Part shown: positions 1 to 10,758 of the stretch, piece by piece
Layout: each line of letters opens with the position of its first letter
Numbering within the stretch: the first letter of the stretch is position 1
Assembly: GCA_011109175.1 (NCBI GenBank)
Contig: RDEW01000076.1
Location: 62,001 to 126,000 of the forward strand
Direction of reading: 5' to 3'
From: Dicyema japonicum
Taxonomy: Eukaryota > Animalia > Dicyemida
DNA: 64,000 nucleotides
The notes under the pieces: generated by a model
The model's input: only the letters and a program-made list of their open reading frames with translations
Told to the model about the DNA's origin: nothing
The model's database searches: none
Position numbers and translations under genes: made by a program

Positions 1-149
1 AATTGAGGCAGGTTGTAATTGAGAGACTTTTCTGACAACATGAGTCCTCCCTCAGAGGCCTGAACTCTTCATCGGGGTACCAATGATTTAATCCACAGTA
101 ATCTGAATATATGAAGGCATGCCGTAGGAATTCTCACGGAAAGGTACAA

Positions 150-330
150 TCTTCTCTTCGCAGTTTCTTTAACTGCAGCATCTCTTAATCCATAAAGTAA
201 ATTGGAAGATGTAGGAAATAACATTAAAGTCACAATGTCATCTGCTTCTTAGTTTACACTGCAGTAATGTGGATGCTCAAAGAGAATTAACTACCTTGAA
301 CTGCCTCTCAACTATATTTTTCACAAAAAT
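150..330 (-). mobile_element. Very degraded LINE reverse transcriptase remnant
   Basis: Minus strand reads GCA GAT GAC ATT GTG (ADDIV), resembling the YADD motif; little else recognisable. Confidence 0.25.
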
Positions 331-1090
331 AAGGAATAATCGACAATTCGAGTGTTTCCCAACTTTTTGCGACTTATCAGACCGGATTTAGAATCCAGTC
401 CCTTGAGTCCGTTAGGTCCACCATGCCTTAGTGAACCAATCAACCACTAGATTAATCAATTTACTTAATATTTGAGTATTTAATCAATTACCACCAATTA
501 GGTAGCAAAAATTCAATTTATTGGCAAATCTTTGGACAGCCAATTTTGTTGCTCCCCCACCTAAATGTAGAAGGATAAAAATACCTTTAATCTATCAAGT
601 CATCCTAAGGACTAAGCAATTAATAAGTATGCTCAGCATGTGGCACTGTGATTACCACCACAAGGCATATCAATTAGTGCTCATTAATTTTCACTTTAAA
701 CCCAGTAGGGTCCATCGATAAACAAAAGTGTCAATTGAGTGAACAAAATCTCTGTGAATCACATGGAAAAAATTTACTGACAAATTCATTAATAAATTTG
801 CATCGAAATGAAATGAAAAATTCCAAGACCACGGTAACACCAAACTAACTACTCACGTGTTCCAGGCATTATTACAAACTCGGGAACTCAGGAAAGGGGA
901 AAAAGTTATTATCTAAATTAAGTTATCCCGGTGTCAGTGCATCTCCCGTTGATTTGTTCTCATGCGAAAAAAACCGTCTGAAATTCCCTACCCTTCTATG
1001 ACCTTCAAAATGGTGACCTATCAATTTTATCCGTTTTCTCTCTGCTACTTCTTGTTGGTGATATGAGTCTAATCGGGTCTCGACTCTACA

Positions 1091-2207
1091 CTGATTATTC
1101 TACAATTAAATGTAAGTGGAATCCGCAATAAAGTCTTGGAGCTATGCTCCCTCTTATCCCATTTGAGAGTGGAAATTTTCCTCATTCAAGAATCGAAACT
1201 CTCCGGAATATCCCACACACCTTGTTTTCCTGGATATTGTGTACTTTGCATAGACCGGACGAGAAGTCTCGGTGGAGGATTATTGACAATTGTTAAGGGT
1301 GGACTTGCATTTACGGATGTCACCCCATTTGTATCTTCTCTCTGCGAAGGGGATTTTATTCTGGAACAGATTTTTTTATTGAAGTATCCTTTTTTCCAAC
1401 GAGATGTTTTACACTGTGTAAGATCTTTAATTCGAAGTTACATCCGAACACCATGCTATAACTGGAAAATTTCTTAACTGGCCGACGTGGGAGAGTCCGA
1501 ATGGTAAAACTACTTAAAAATCAAAACTACTCCCACAAATTTCCCCTTTATCTCCTCTCATGTTTAACTTATTTTACACGACTAACCTACTACCAAAGAT
1601 CAGGAAGCTATGTTTCTATCTTACGCGGACGACCTGATTATCGCTCAGTTCACTCTATTCACTACGGAAGAGAGATTTAAAGATGGACTCGAGGAACTCT
1701 TCGGAATCATTCCTACGAGAATCCAGAAAATCCTCGGAGTAACATCGAATCTATTACGACGTTCTTACACGTCACACGGAGTAAGTGTTAGCCAGGGGGC
1801 TTCGAAAGTGGAACACCTTAAAGCCTATCATGAAAAAGACCCCCTTCCCACCTATTCCTGTATCAGCAAACTATATCTGTCGACAATTGAATATGTCTGC
1901 TCTGCCTGGAGATTCCCTCTTAGAGGGTGGAGTGCATAAAATCATGCGGTATATGCAATCAGACATCATATCCATCCTCAGTTTCCTTTTAGAGGCGGCG
2001 ACGTTAAGAAATGGGGAGGGCTTCCTACGTATCTGCAAAGAGATAGGCAACGCATTCAGAGAAAGGGAGACCCATGCAGAGGAATTCAGATCGACCACAA
2101 AGAAGTGTCACCGATAGAATTCTTCTGCAGATACAAAAAAAGGCAGTTGGATCGCTGGGGAATACTCACGGAGAATTCGCGAGATGTTGGAGGCTGGGAT
2201 CACCTAA
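1091..2207 (+). mobile_element. Jockey/I-like LINE remnant (APE N-terminus, partial RT, 3' end), internally deleted
   Basis: LIILQLNVSGIRNK...IFLIQESKL (APE); LSPLMFNLF and FLSYADDLII (RT); ends IREMLEAGIT* at 2207. Confidence 0.8.
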
Positions 2208-2619
2208 TTAGTGAGTTAACCTTTCTTGGTATCCTTGGGGTTTTAAAATAAATCTAATAAGATCGGTTGAACTGTAATACAAAACTTAAAATACAACGGG
2301 GGAAAGAGTCGTGAAAATACTGCAGAGGCATCAGTAACTTCTTAGGGAATGCATTGATATACTTTTTGAATCTAAACCTTGAAGAACACCTAGGAAACAT
2401 ATTGTTATCAATTTTATAGGGAACCCACCATGAAACTGGCACTCCTGTTATACAGGACCAACAGAAACGTAGAAACACAAAATTTGGCTAAAAATAAACA
2501 TGATATGCGTCTGCTTATCACATAAAAACGAAAAAAAAACCACACGTCATATAATTCAAAATTGATTAGAGTTTGAGCCAACTAATCTAGAAGGGGTGTT
2601 GTAGAAAATCAATAAAATA

Positions 2620-3185
2620 AGAAACACTGAAAAAATGTTTTAGTAGTGCGGTACCTTTGAAATCTAAAAAATAAGACCAGAAAGATTGCGACTAGTGGAA
2701 ACAATGGTGGAAGTCTACCGTGGTTCTGACGTGCAAATCGATTGTCGAAGCTTGGTATAGGAGCAAAGTACTAATCGAGCAATCTAGTAGCTGGTTCTCA
2801 AAAATCTTTCTCAGGAAAGCTGGGGCTCGAGACTAGTTTCATATGTTAGAGGATTTGGGATTATGCGGGTGCAAAATATTCTCAAGCTTTAAACACGTGG
2901 GAAGTATGACTAACATGAGTGTAGTCATACGTAAAATAAGGGTGCCAAGTGTGCCAATTGTGGTAATCATGACTGCCGCTGTGGGATGAATCAAACGCTG
3001 CTTGACTATACGCACACAGGACACCATAAAAAGTGTCAGTTTATTATGACAACGAGAAGGTGGCCTTAGTAATTGGAAGCCTCTAAGGAGTGTGCAGTAA
3101 CATACCAGTCTAGTTAATTGGCCTTGCTTCGCATGGAGTTGAATTTCAGTAACTTAATCCAAGAATTAGGGGAGAACTTGTTACC
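2620..3185 (+). rRNA. Degenerate fragment of LSU (28S) rRNA, probable pseudogene
   Basis: Colinear matches to universal LSU landmarks: GAAACAC, CTGACGTGCAAATCG, TAATCGA..ATCTAGTAGCTGGTTC, TATTCTCAA..TTTAAA, GGGATGAA, and GGTGGCC...CTAAGGAGTGTG (GTPase-associated centre). Several conserved segments are missing. Confidence 0.8.
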
Positions 3186-3952
3186 AGTATCTGAACAGAC
3201 ACACAAATAAATTTTGATATGCCTATTAAAAAAACTCAAATTGTAATTTTTTTTTCAATTGGAAAGAAAAGAGAGTAAATATCATATAGACTCTGCCCTA
3301 ACTGCGTGGCTATTCCCTCTCAAGATGGCGAGCGAGATTCGCTAAAATAATCAACAGCGCTCACGAGGTTCTCCTGATCGAGTAGCATCCGATTCCCTAG
3401 ACGACTCAAGAAGTCCGCGTCATAGGCACAAGGGAATCAGACGTCTCAACGGCGAGTGGAACAAACAAAAAATCCTTGGGTAAGACCGCGTACTTTTACC
3501 GTTTCAACTTCTCGGTTTTCTCAGCTGCAGAACAGGTTCCAGAGGCACTCGTTTGGGTGCAAGTGACGTCCCAGACTAGAGGTTAGTCGTCTTCAAAAGG
3601 GAAGCTTGTCATCCCATCTGGTCGTTTCCCGTCCCGCCTGCAAAGACAGACTGGTTCGAGCATGGAGTGGTGTCCGGCGGCGCCCAAAGCTCGTCTAACG
3701 ACTTCGTTCAAGGTCACGTGTCTGAGAAATCTGCCTGCACTCTTCCTGCAGGAGAGAGGAAATACAGACTTTTAATCCCAGTCGTAATAAGATCCCAATA
3801 CGGACGCATTCATAATCCATGAAAATACCCAAAACTCCATTGGGAATGGCGTTGATTCAGGCACCGCTTCGGAAGACGCTCCCGACAAAAAACAGGCACG
3901 ACGATGTTGGCTAGATGACACTTGCAAATCTTAGAAAGAATTCCAGCATATA

Positions 3953-4425
3953 CAGTACTGGTCAATGAAAATTGCTCATTAATATTTTCATGTTTTTTAT
4001 TTTGAAAATTATAAATTTATATCTTGAGCTCATTTTTAGTCTAATTTATTAATTTTATTTTTTTAAATTAAATATTCTTTTATTTAACGAATTTAAAGCA
4101 AAAGAAAATCAAGATTTAAAAAATATGGCGAAATTGGAGACCGCTACCGTTTAGTACCGGTAGCAATCGAGACGTCTGGTGCGGCTGGAAATATTACAGC
4201 CTCTTTCCTAAAGGAAATCGGGGAAAATTGGCCCACCGCAAGAAAGACGTGCGGGAAGCGTCTGGCCTGAGGCAAAGAATTGTATCGCAGTTGTTCGCGG
4301 AAACGTTTACTCCGTGATGTCAGCAGCCGCTTTCCCCCAAGGTTAATAAATAATATTTTATTGTTAATAAATTTTTAAAATAAAAACATGAAAATATGAT
4401 GAGCAATTTTCATTGACCGGTACTG
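3953..4425. mobile_element. Tc1/mariner-type MITE with ~70-bp TIRs and TA TSD
   Basis: TA|CAGTACTGGTCAATGAAAATTGCTCA... at 3953 is inverted as ...TGAGCAATTTTCATTGACCGGTACTG|TA ending at 4425. Confidence 0.8.
4105..4345 (+). mobile_element. CRE-like 3' end fragment inside the MITE
   Basis: KKYGEIGDRYRLVPVAIETSGAAG...LRQR...IAVVRGNVYSV. Confidence 0.75.
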
Positions 4426-4799
4426 TAGCATTGTCCAGGCTCCGCTGAAAGAACGAGGAAGGCAGGAAAGCTTATAAGTACGGCTCCAGGCCTCACAAGC
4501 ATGGCCGATCCAGTTAATCTGTGCGAGTTGGTCTCACTGAATGAAATAGGAGCAGTCCTCAGGACATATGCAAGCCTCTGTACGTTGAGACTGTTTTTCA
4601 GAAGGAATAATGACGTATGCATGTCAAGTAGACACAAGCGATCCAGAGTCTCTCCGAGTAACAGTCGTTTTTCAGGCATAGCTCTTCCCATTGGGATCCG
4701 AGGAATTGTAAATTGTAAACAAGAAAATGATGCTATTTCTTGCCAGCGGTTGGCTGATAGATTCTCGCCTTGCATCGACTACAGTTAACCCCCCATTAA

Positions 4800-6290
4800 T
4801 TATCATTAAGGCACTTTCACGAAAGACATAATGTTTATAGCCCCGCACGTGCGACACTCAAAGAAACAATGTTTAGCGTTAATCTCTTCCATCTTCCTCT
4901 GTCGAATGCAAGTAATCTCAATTCGTCTAGGTCGTCTTCCTTCTTTAGTTTTTTCTCACACGGTTTAGATCTTTGCTTAAGGCAGTCGGAAGTGTGGATC
5001 TAGATCGTCCGCTGAAGGGTTTGTCGCAACTGTCAAAGTAATTTTCCATCGCTTTGTAAGCGGCTATGTCTCTTCTATCTTCTTCCTCATTATATATAAC
5101 ATTTACGGAAATCACGGAGTGCAGAATCCGCCACATCCTTTTTCCGGCTTAGTGCAATGTTTGTCAGCACCTTGCGTATCGAGTTCAGAAGTATGACCGG
5201 GCGGAGATTTTCTACTGGTCCTTTTCCTTTGTTCGGTTTTTGTATGGGTATTAATAATCCATTTCCAAGTCCTATATCGGTATTAGTTTCAAAGACGTCA
5301 TTTAGGGTTTTTGCAATTGTGTCGCTAAGTTTTTTTGGCCCAGCACTCTTCAGTTTATTTAGAGCTGATTCAACTTCCTCCACTGTGATGGCATTCATTA
5401 ATGCCCTCGGTTCTTCTTGGAAAGGAGGAAATTCCTCATTGTCCGTATTCAGCGACATTTCAAAGTGACTTGGAATTAATTCGGCTTTTTCTTTTAAGTT
5501 ACTTACGAATTTTCCTTCTTTGTCTTTGATGTGAAGCACGTTTTTTCCTTTCTTTGTCCGCAACAGCCGTAAAGCACCAAACATCTTTGAATTGTCTTTT
5601 AGGCATTCCACATCTTTTAATAGGGATGTAATAATTTCCCGTGAATGTTCTGTTCATTTTTTAGATTTTCTATTTTAGTTCCCTTTGTTGGATTTTAAGC
5701 TCTTTTTTATACTCTCGTCTGACGTGTTTGCCGCTTTTAGCCTTAGACCTCTGCAATGTTTTGACATATCTGGCACGTTGGGTGATGATCCAATTTTAGG
5801 GGTGATGATTTCGAACTTCAAGGCAGCTGACTTGGAGATTACCTGCTTTGTTTGATCCCACAGAGTTCGTACTGATGATTTCGGTACGGTTTTCTTTATG
5901 AGAGTCTCGATTTGTTGTGATATTTAGCCCTACAGGTGGGCTCTAACCACGATTTTTCTGTCTGAAAGTATATATTTGGGCCTTTGTCTCACCGTTTTCG
6001 CGTTTTTAATATATTTTTTCCCAGTCAAGTGTTTTTTTACAGACAGTTCCGCAATAACGATCCTATGGTCGCTCTCTTGTTGTCCCCTGGTAGGAACATA
6101 GATCAATTAGCAGGTGTTTATCAGACGTTTGACAGATAATGTAGTCGATTTGATTGCATATTCACGGTCTCCCCAGCAGAGTTCTTCCTTTGTTCATGCC
6201 ATGTCGTCTTGTGGTTGTTTACGGCAATTTTTATTGTACCTCTCCTCATTTTCTTGATGAGAGATATAATCTTATCTTTCCTTGATAACA
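4800..6290 (-). mobile_element. RTE-clade LINE remnant (APE C-terminus, RT N-terminus, 3' end)
   Basis: ORF 5090-5611 contains LLIPIQKPNKGKGPVENLRPVILLNSIRKVL; 4945-5136 contains AMENYF...GRSRSTLPTALSKDL. Confidence 0.8.
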
Positions 6291-6310
6291 AAAAAGTAAA
6301 GTAGGCAGTA

Positions 6311-6560
6311 TTACCCCCCGAAAAATAAAAAGAAATGTATCTCTCCTAAACTACAACCTTCGGGTCTAAAGAATTTATTTAAAAACCTTCTTCTCGCTTT
6401 GATGTCTACCATTAAGTCCCCCTTCTTTCTACTCAACAGTCCAAGATAGTGTAAGTTAACATCTTTTATGTCCTCAAGGCACAGCTCTCGACGAATGTTA
6501 GAGATCCACAGAACGTTAGTCTTTTTCAACTGAGATAGTCAAATTCCTGAAGATACCGCA
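6311..6560 (-). mobile_element. pogo/Tigger CENP-B-type HTH remnant
   Basis: LWISNIRRE...DIKARRRFLNKFFR resembles the W..R..FKAS.GWL.KF..R pattern. Confidence 0.3.
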
Positions 6561-6690
6561 CTTTCAGATTTCTTAGATGTATTTATCGAGTCTCTTATAT
6601 GAAAATCTTCCCAACTTAGACACATCCAAGATCAAGACGTCAACCGCGTAAATAACAATTTCGATACTCGGCGTTCTCGATAGCGATATA

Positions 6691-7830
6691 CAGTAAAACT
6701 CCTCCTAACCGCCAACTTTTTATTTAAATTTATTTTAAAACATCAAGCTAGTGCATTTATCACCAGATCTAACAAGTTTATTGCACGACTTGACTAAGGA
6801 ATAATTAAATTGTTAATCACAGTTTACCATCAGAGAACTTGATGTTAACATAGAAAAATCTGAACATTAAAGACGTCAAGATATATTTGATTTGCTTGGA
6901 AGGAAACCTAGTGATGAACTATGTTGAGAATTATAATGATTTTGTTTAAGGATCCCATGGTAGAAGAGGATTTTTGAATGTCAAATTTAGACAAGATATT
7001 CTTTAGAAAAATGAAATAGAAAAGGCTGACAAATAAAAGCAATGGATTTAATATTTGCCCTGAAATGCTTGATAATTTTTTAAATCTTGTAGACATAGGG
7101 GAGGTTGAGGAGACATATGTTATTAGCAGTCCAAATACGAGGATAGGCTTTCTGTCAAAAATAGGATTTGAAATGCTGTTTTTTTATTAGTACGGAGTGT
7201 TCATATTTCAGAAAATTTGAGTTGATGTCCGGTCGAGGGGAACGACCATTTTTAAGTTTTCCTGTGCCCCTGCAATTTTTATTGATTTTTCTAATTATGT
7301 AGAGTGTCCACTTACAAAATCTGATATTTAAGCAAATTTTTAAAGTAGGTCACTCTGTATTCAAGTGGTCGACGGGGTTTAGCAGTACTTTTCCATTATC
7401 GTTGTGTAGTTTTATTTTGGATTCTTATTTCTTTCAATTGATCTTCCATATTGCACTGTTTTTATTTTCTTCGACTTTTGCAATTTTTATTTACAGTGAT
7501 TTTCAGTCGTACTTCCTAGTAAGCGTGTTCATTCTATTCTCAACGGGTGTTCGTCTTGACCTGATAAATCAGCGTCTCTTCTGATCCAGGGTTTTTTTGA
7601 AGTGGTCTTAGCTTCTTGAGTTCTTTTATAATCATTGGTACATCGGGGAAACTTTTGTTTTTGGGCGATACGCTGTTCCTCAGGCTCCTTCCAGAAGGAA
7701 AGCCAGAGATGGTTAGTGATTACGAACACCAATGCCTCCAGAAGAAAGCAGTAGTTCACAGTATCGCCTGGAGATATGTTCAACATTTTGTTCAACACAC
7801 ATCGACTAAAAATAATAATTAATTTCAAAA
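6691..7830 (-). mobile_element. pogo/Tigger transposase remnant with one TIR
   Basis: TA|CAGTAAAACTCC terminus at 6691; degraded DDE_1 motifs (GTGKLKNGRSPRP, WTANN, LLLFV); HTH-like LTISGF near 7700. Confidence 0.5.
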
Positions 7831-8267
7831 TTAAATTTAAAAAATAATTAATTTAATTTAGATCAATTTAAAAACATAGTCGTTAATTATTATTATTAAA
7901 ACATAGTCGTTAGTGTGTCGCTCGATTCTAGATTAGTCACGGATTTGATTCCCACACAGCTATTTGCCTGGTCGAAGGATTATGCTCTGCTGTATGCCTT
8001 CTTTAATTCCTAAGAGACGTCAAATATCTAGTTGGCATCTAATTTTTTCTTAATCAGTTAAGATGTTCCTACAATGATGGACATTGATGGACGTGATGCC
8101 TGGACAGGATGCTGAGACAATCCGGTTCCGCAGCGATGAATCACTGATGAAGCGTCACTTGTCAATCCAAGAACAGTGACATTTGAACCCATAACCATCT
8201 GAATTTTGACTCTACTAATAACTTTAAACTGACAAAATGATTAATGTTAATTATAAAAAAAAAAATC

Positions 8268-8390
8268 AATATTAACGTGGGCAACCTATAATTTATTAAA
8301 TAATAAAAATTATTATTAATTACAAAATTTAAAAATAAAGAATAATATTAACGTGGGCAACCTTTAATGTATTAAATAATAAAAATTATT
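8268..8390. repeat. Two-copy tandem repeat, 76-bp period
   Basis: AATATTAACGTGGGCAACCT(A/T)TAAT(T/G)TATTAAATAATAAAAATTATTA at 8268 and 8344. Confidence 0.9.
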
Positions 8391-8559
8391 AGTCATGGTT
8401 ACACATGATTGGTCGTCATATTCTGCCAATTCCCAACTCAAATTCAAAATGTTTAATAGAAAATTGGTTAGAGGAAGTAATACGAATATATAAAAAATAG
8501 AGACACACAAATGTAATCGATGGTGATTTTAAAAATGATTACTACTCCAATAAAAGTCA

Positions 8560-9040
8560 CAAAGGAATACTCAGTGGGACCGAAACTAATCCAACCATCA
8601 CCGAATACTCAGAAGCTTACATAAAGCACAAAATTATGAGCATTCCACATAAAGTAAGAGAACAACTAAATGACGCCGAATTATACGAAAGAATAAGAAG
8701 AGAAGTGATTGCTGAATTGGAGGCTGAAATGATGTGCCCATCTGTGGAATATGTTAGCGAAACAATGGACAAATTCTGGCACACCGACTTTGTCTCGAAA
8801 CAGCCAAAGCCAATCCAAGTTGCTAAAAGATTAACGATTAGCCTCACAACTTGACAGAAATGCCATATTCCTACTGGAATAGCAAAAAGAACAAAACACA
8901 TGTACCTGATATCGCTGTAATTAAGGGACAAACCAAATTCTGCAACTTGGCCACTCCATGGAATAAGAATTGCTCATTCTCTAAACCAATATCTGAGTAT
9001 TATGACGAAGGACTACCCCACAACATTCCAAGATGACAAA
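8560..9040 (+). mobile_element. Possible RLE domain remnant of a second non-LTR family (R4/NeSL-like)
   Basis: KTHVPDIAVIKGQTKFCNLATPW resembles PD..V.......ID.T.PW; upstream QVAKRL. Confidence 0.3.
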
Positions 9041-9411
9041 TTAACAATTATAATCTTAATATTGTTATGTTCTAGCAGATTTTGTGGATGAGAACTGCCT
9101 GTCCACCAGCCAAAGACATCCAAATTATTAATTGGTCTTATTGTCAACACAATTTCCTTCTTTATGAATGATTCTCTCAGCCGAAGTCTCCTTAGCGGAT
9201 TTACCGATGGCTTTAGGAATTGTAGAAAGCACAGAGCAGAAGGGACGGACTCCTTCGATCATTTAGGTAGCTGTGTGAATCTAACCTTCGGCTAAATGCA
9301 ACTCGAGCGGCAGAACTAACCATTATACTCTAATAATGCTGTATTTCAGCAAGGACCACCTAACTTTTTTGTTACGGGCGGGTTCAATTAGAGAAGGGTG
9401 AATCTCTCCAA

Positions 9412-9700
9412 TTAAAGTTTACTCTTGTAAACGGCAGGACTGTTGTTAACACAGCTTCCGACACAGCGATTGGTTAATGCAAACTGTCTGAAGGCAGAAT
9501 CCGTGCTGCCGTGACGAATTTTGCAGGTCAAAACCGTATATTCCCAAAATTGATATAAAATGGTTTTATTCAGGTTCTTAAAGAACTTCCTAACACAGTC
9601 AAGATTTAATTTATTAAGTGGAATGTCTGCTTGCAGAAACATCTTTGTGAGAGATAATTTGAAGGAATCATCAAGTTCTCGAGTTGGCACTAATTTGGAT
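9412..9700 (-). mobile_element. hAT/CGGBP1-like transposase remnant
   Basis: FKLSLTKMFLQADIPLNKLNLDCVRKFF matches the A.IPL.KL....R.F pattern of this family. Confidence 0.4.
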
Positions 9701-10114
9701 TAAATATGATATTTTTTAAAGCTTCATTGCTGTTTGATGACAGTCGGTGGATACCGATAATTATCAAATGATCCCAGTCTGAACAGAATCGGACAATTAT
9801 CTTCTCCACTTTGCCCATCATGCCTTTTTGACGACCAGAATACGGACCACCTCTTCTCTTATCCGGGTCTGACTCCGAGTTCTGCAAAGAACCCAATAGA
9901 CTTGTCGGATCTCTGGAAGCGTCCGTTCTTGGATGTGATGTTCTTGTTAGCCTTTGGTTTCCTTCAGTCGAAGGGACCAGGAGTAAACAAATAAATGACC
10001 CCTGCCTCTCTTAGCAGTGATCTCATAATTTCCTGGTGTTTCTCTCAGGAGTCGACTATTTGTTTTATTATTTAAAATGTGATTTTTCTATTTTTAATTT
10101 GTTAATTTGGCCAC

Positions 10115-10500
10115 GTGTTACGTCTAAATGACCAGGTCCCCGCAAATGTCGCAATGGACAACTACTTCGCACACACAGGAGCCGGATTCCGTGGAAGACC
10201 AAGAACGACACTTCTGACTATCTTGAATGTCCGACTAGCGGTTGTTATGAGACTAACTTTGGCGGAGGACCTAAGAGAACTAGCGCGCAACAAATGATAG
10301 ATGCTGACGGAGAGGATGATTCGGAATACGGCACAAGGAGACTTAATTAACTTTATGTTTTCTCGGGAGTGCTTTTTAATAATAATTTGATGGCGCAGTG
10401 TAACGATTGCCAACAAAAGGCTTGAGTATCTCGCTGCTGTAAATTCCGGCTGAAGGTTCCACGCAGTACGATGCTATAGCTCCTCATAAGTGCAGTGTTA
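10115..10500 (+). mobile_element. RTE LINE 3' end
   Basis: LRLNDQVPANVAMDNYF...FRGRPRTTLLTILN...EDLRELARNK; homologous to 48780-49070. Confidence 0.7.
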
Positions 10501-10758
10501 ATTCGTTAATTTATCATTAATGTCAATATGACAGGGAATCGTTTTAGTGACGGAAATTAGGAACATTTGGTTTTATAAATTTGTCTGTCCTCATAAGGAT
10601 GCAACGTCACTAAATCTGTGAAAAGAAAATAATGAAGAATAAAGTTTAATGACGAAATAAATCACCTATTCTAATTTGTTATGATAATTCATAGTGATTG
10701 ACAGTATCGTGCTGTTATTGGTTTAAATACTGATTTCAATGCATTACAGCGAAATAAC

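Larger units (their letters stand above)
3290..4790 (-). mobile_element. CRE-like RLE non-LTR retrotransposon, 3' half, interrupted by a MITE
   Basis: LCLLDMHTSLFLLKNSL (4410-4775); INAIP...[14 protein letters not shown]; [20 protein letters not shown]; RISLAILRGNSHA. Homologous to the 16474-19447 copy. Confidence 0.8.

Noticed and set aside
8146-8195. Hammerhead-ribozyme-like CTGATGA followed by a GTCAC/GTGAC stem
   Set aside because: The required GAAA reads GAAC, and no compatible stem III or stem I with an NUH site can be drawn.
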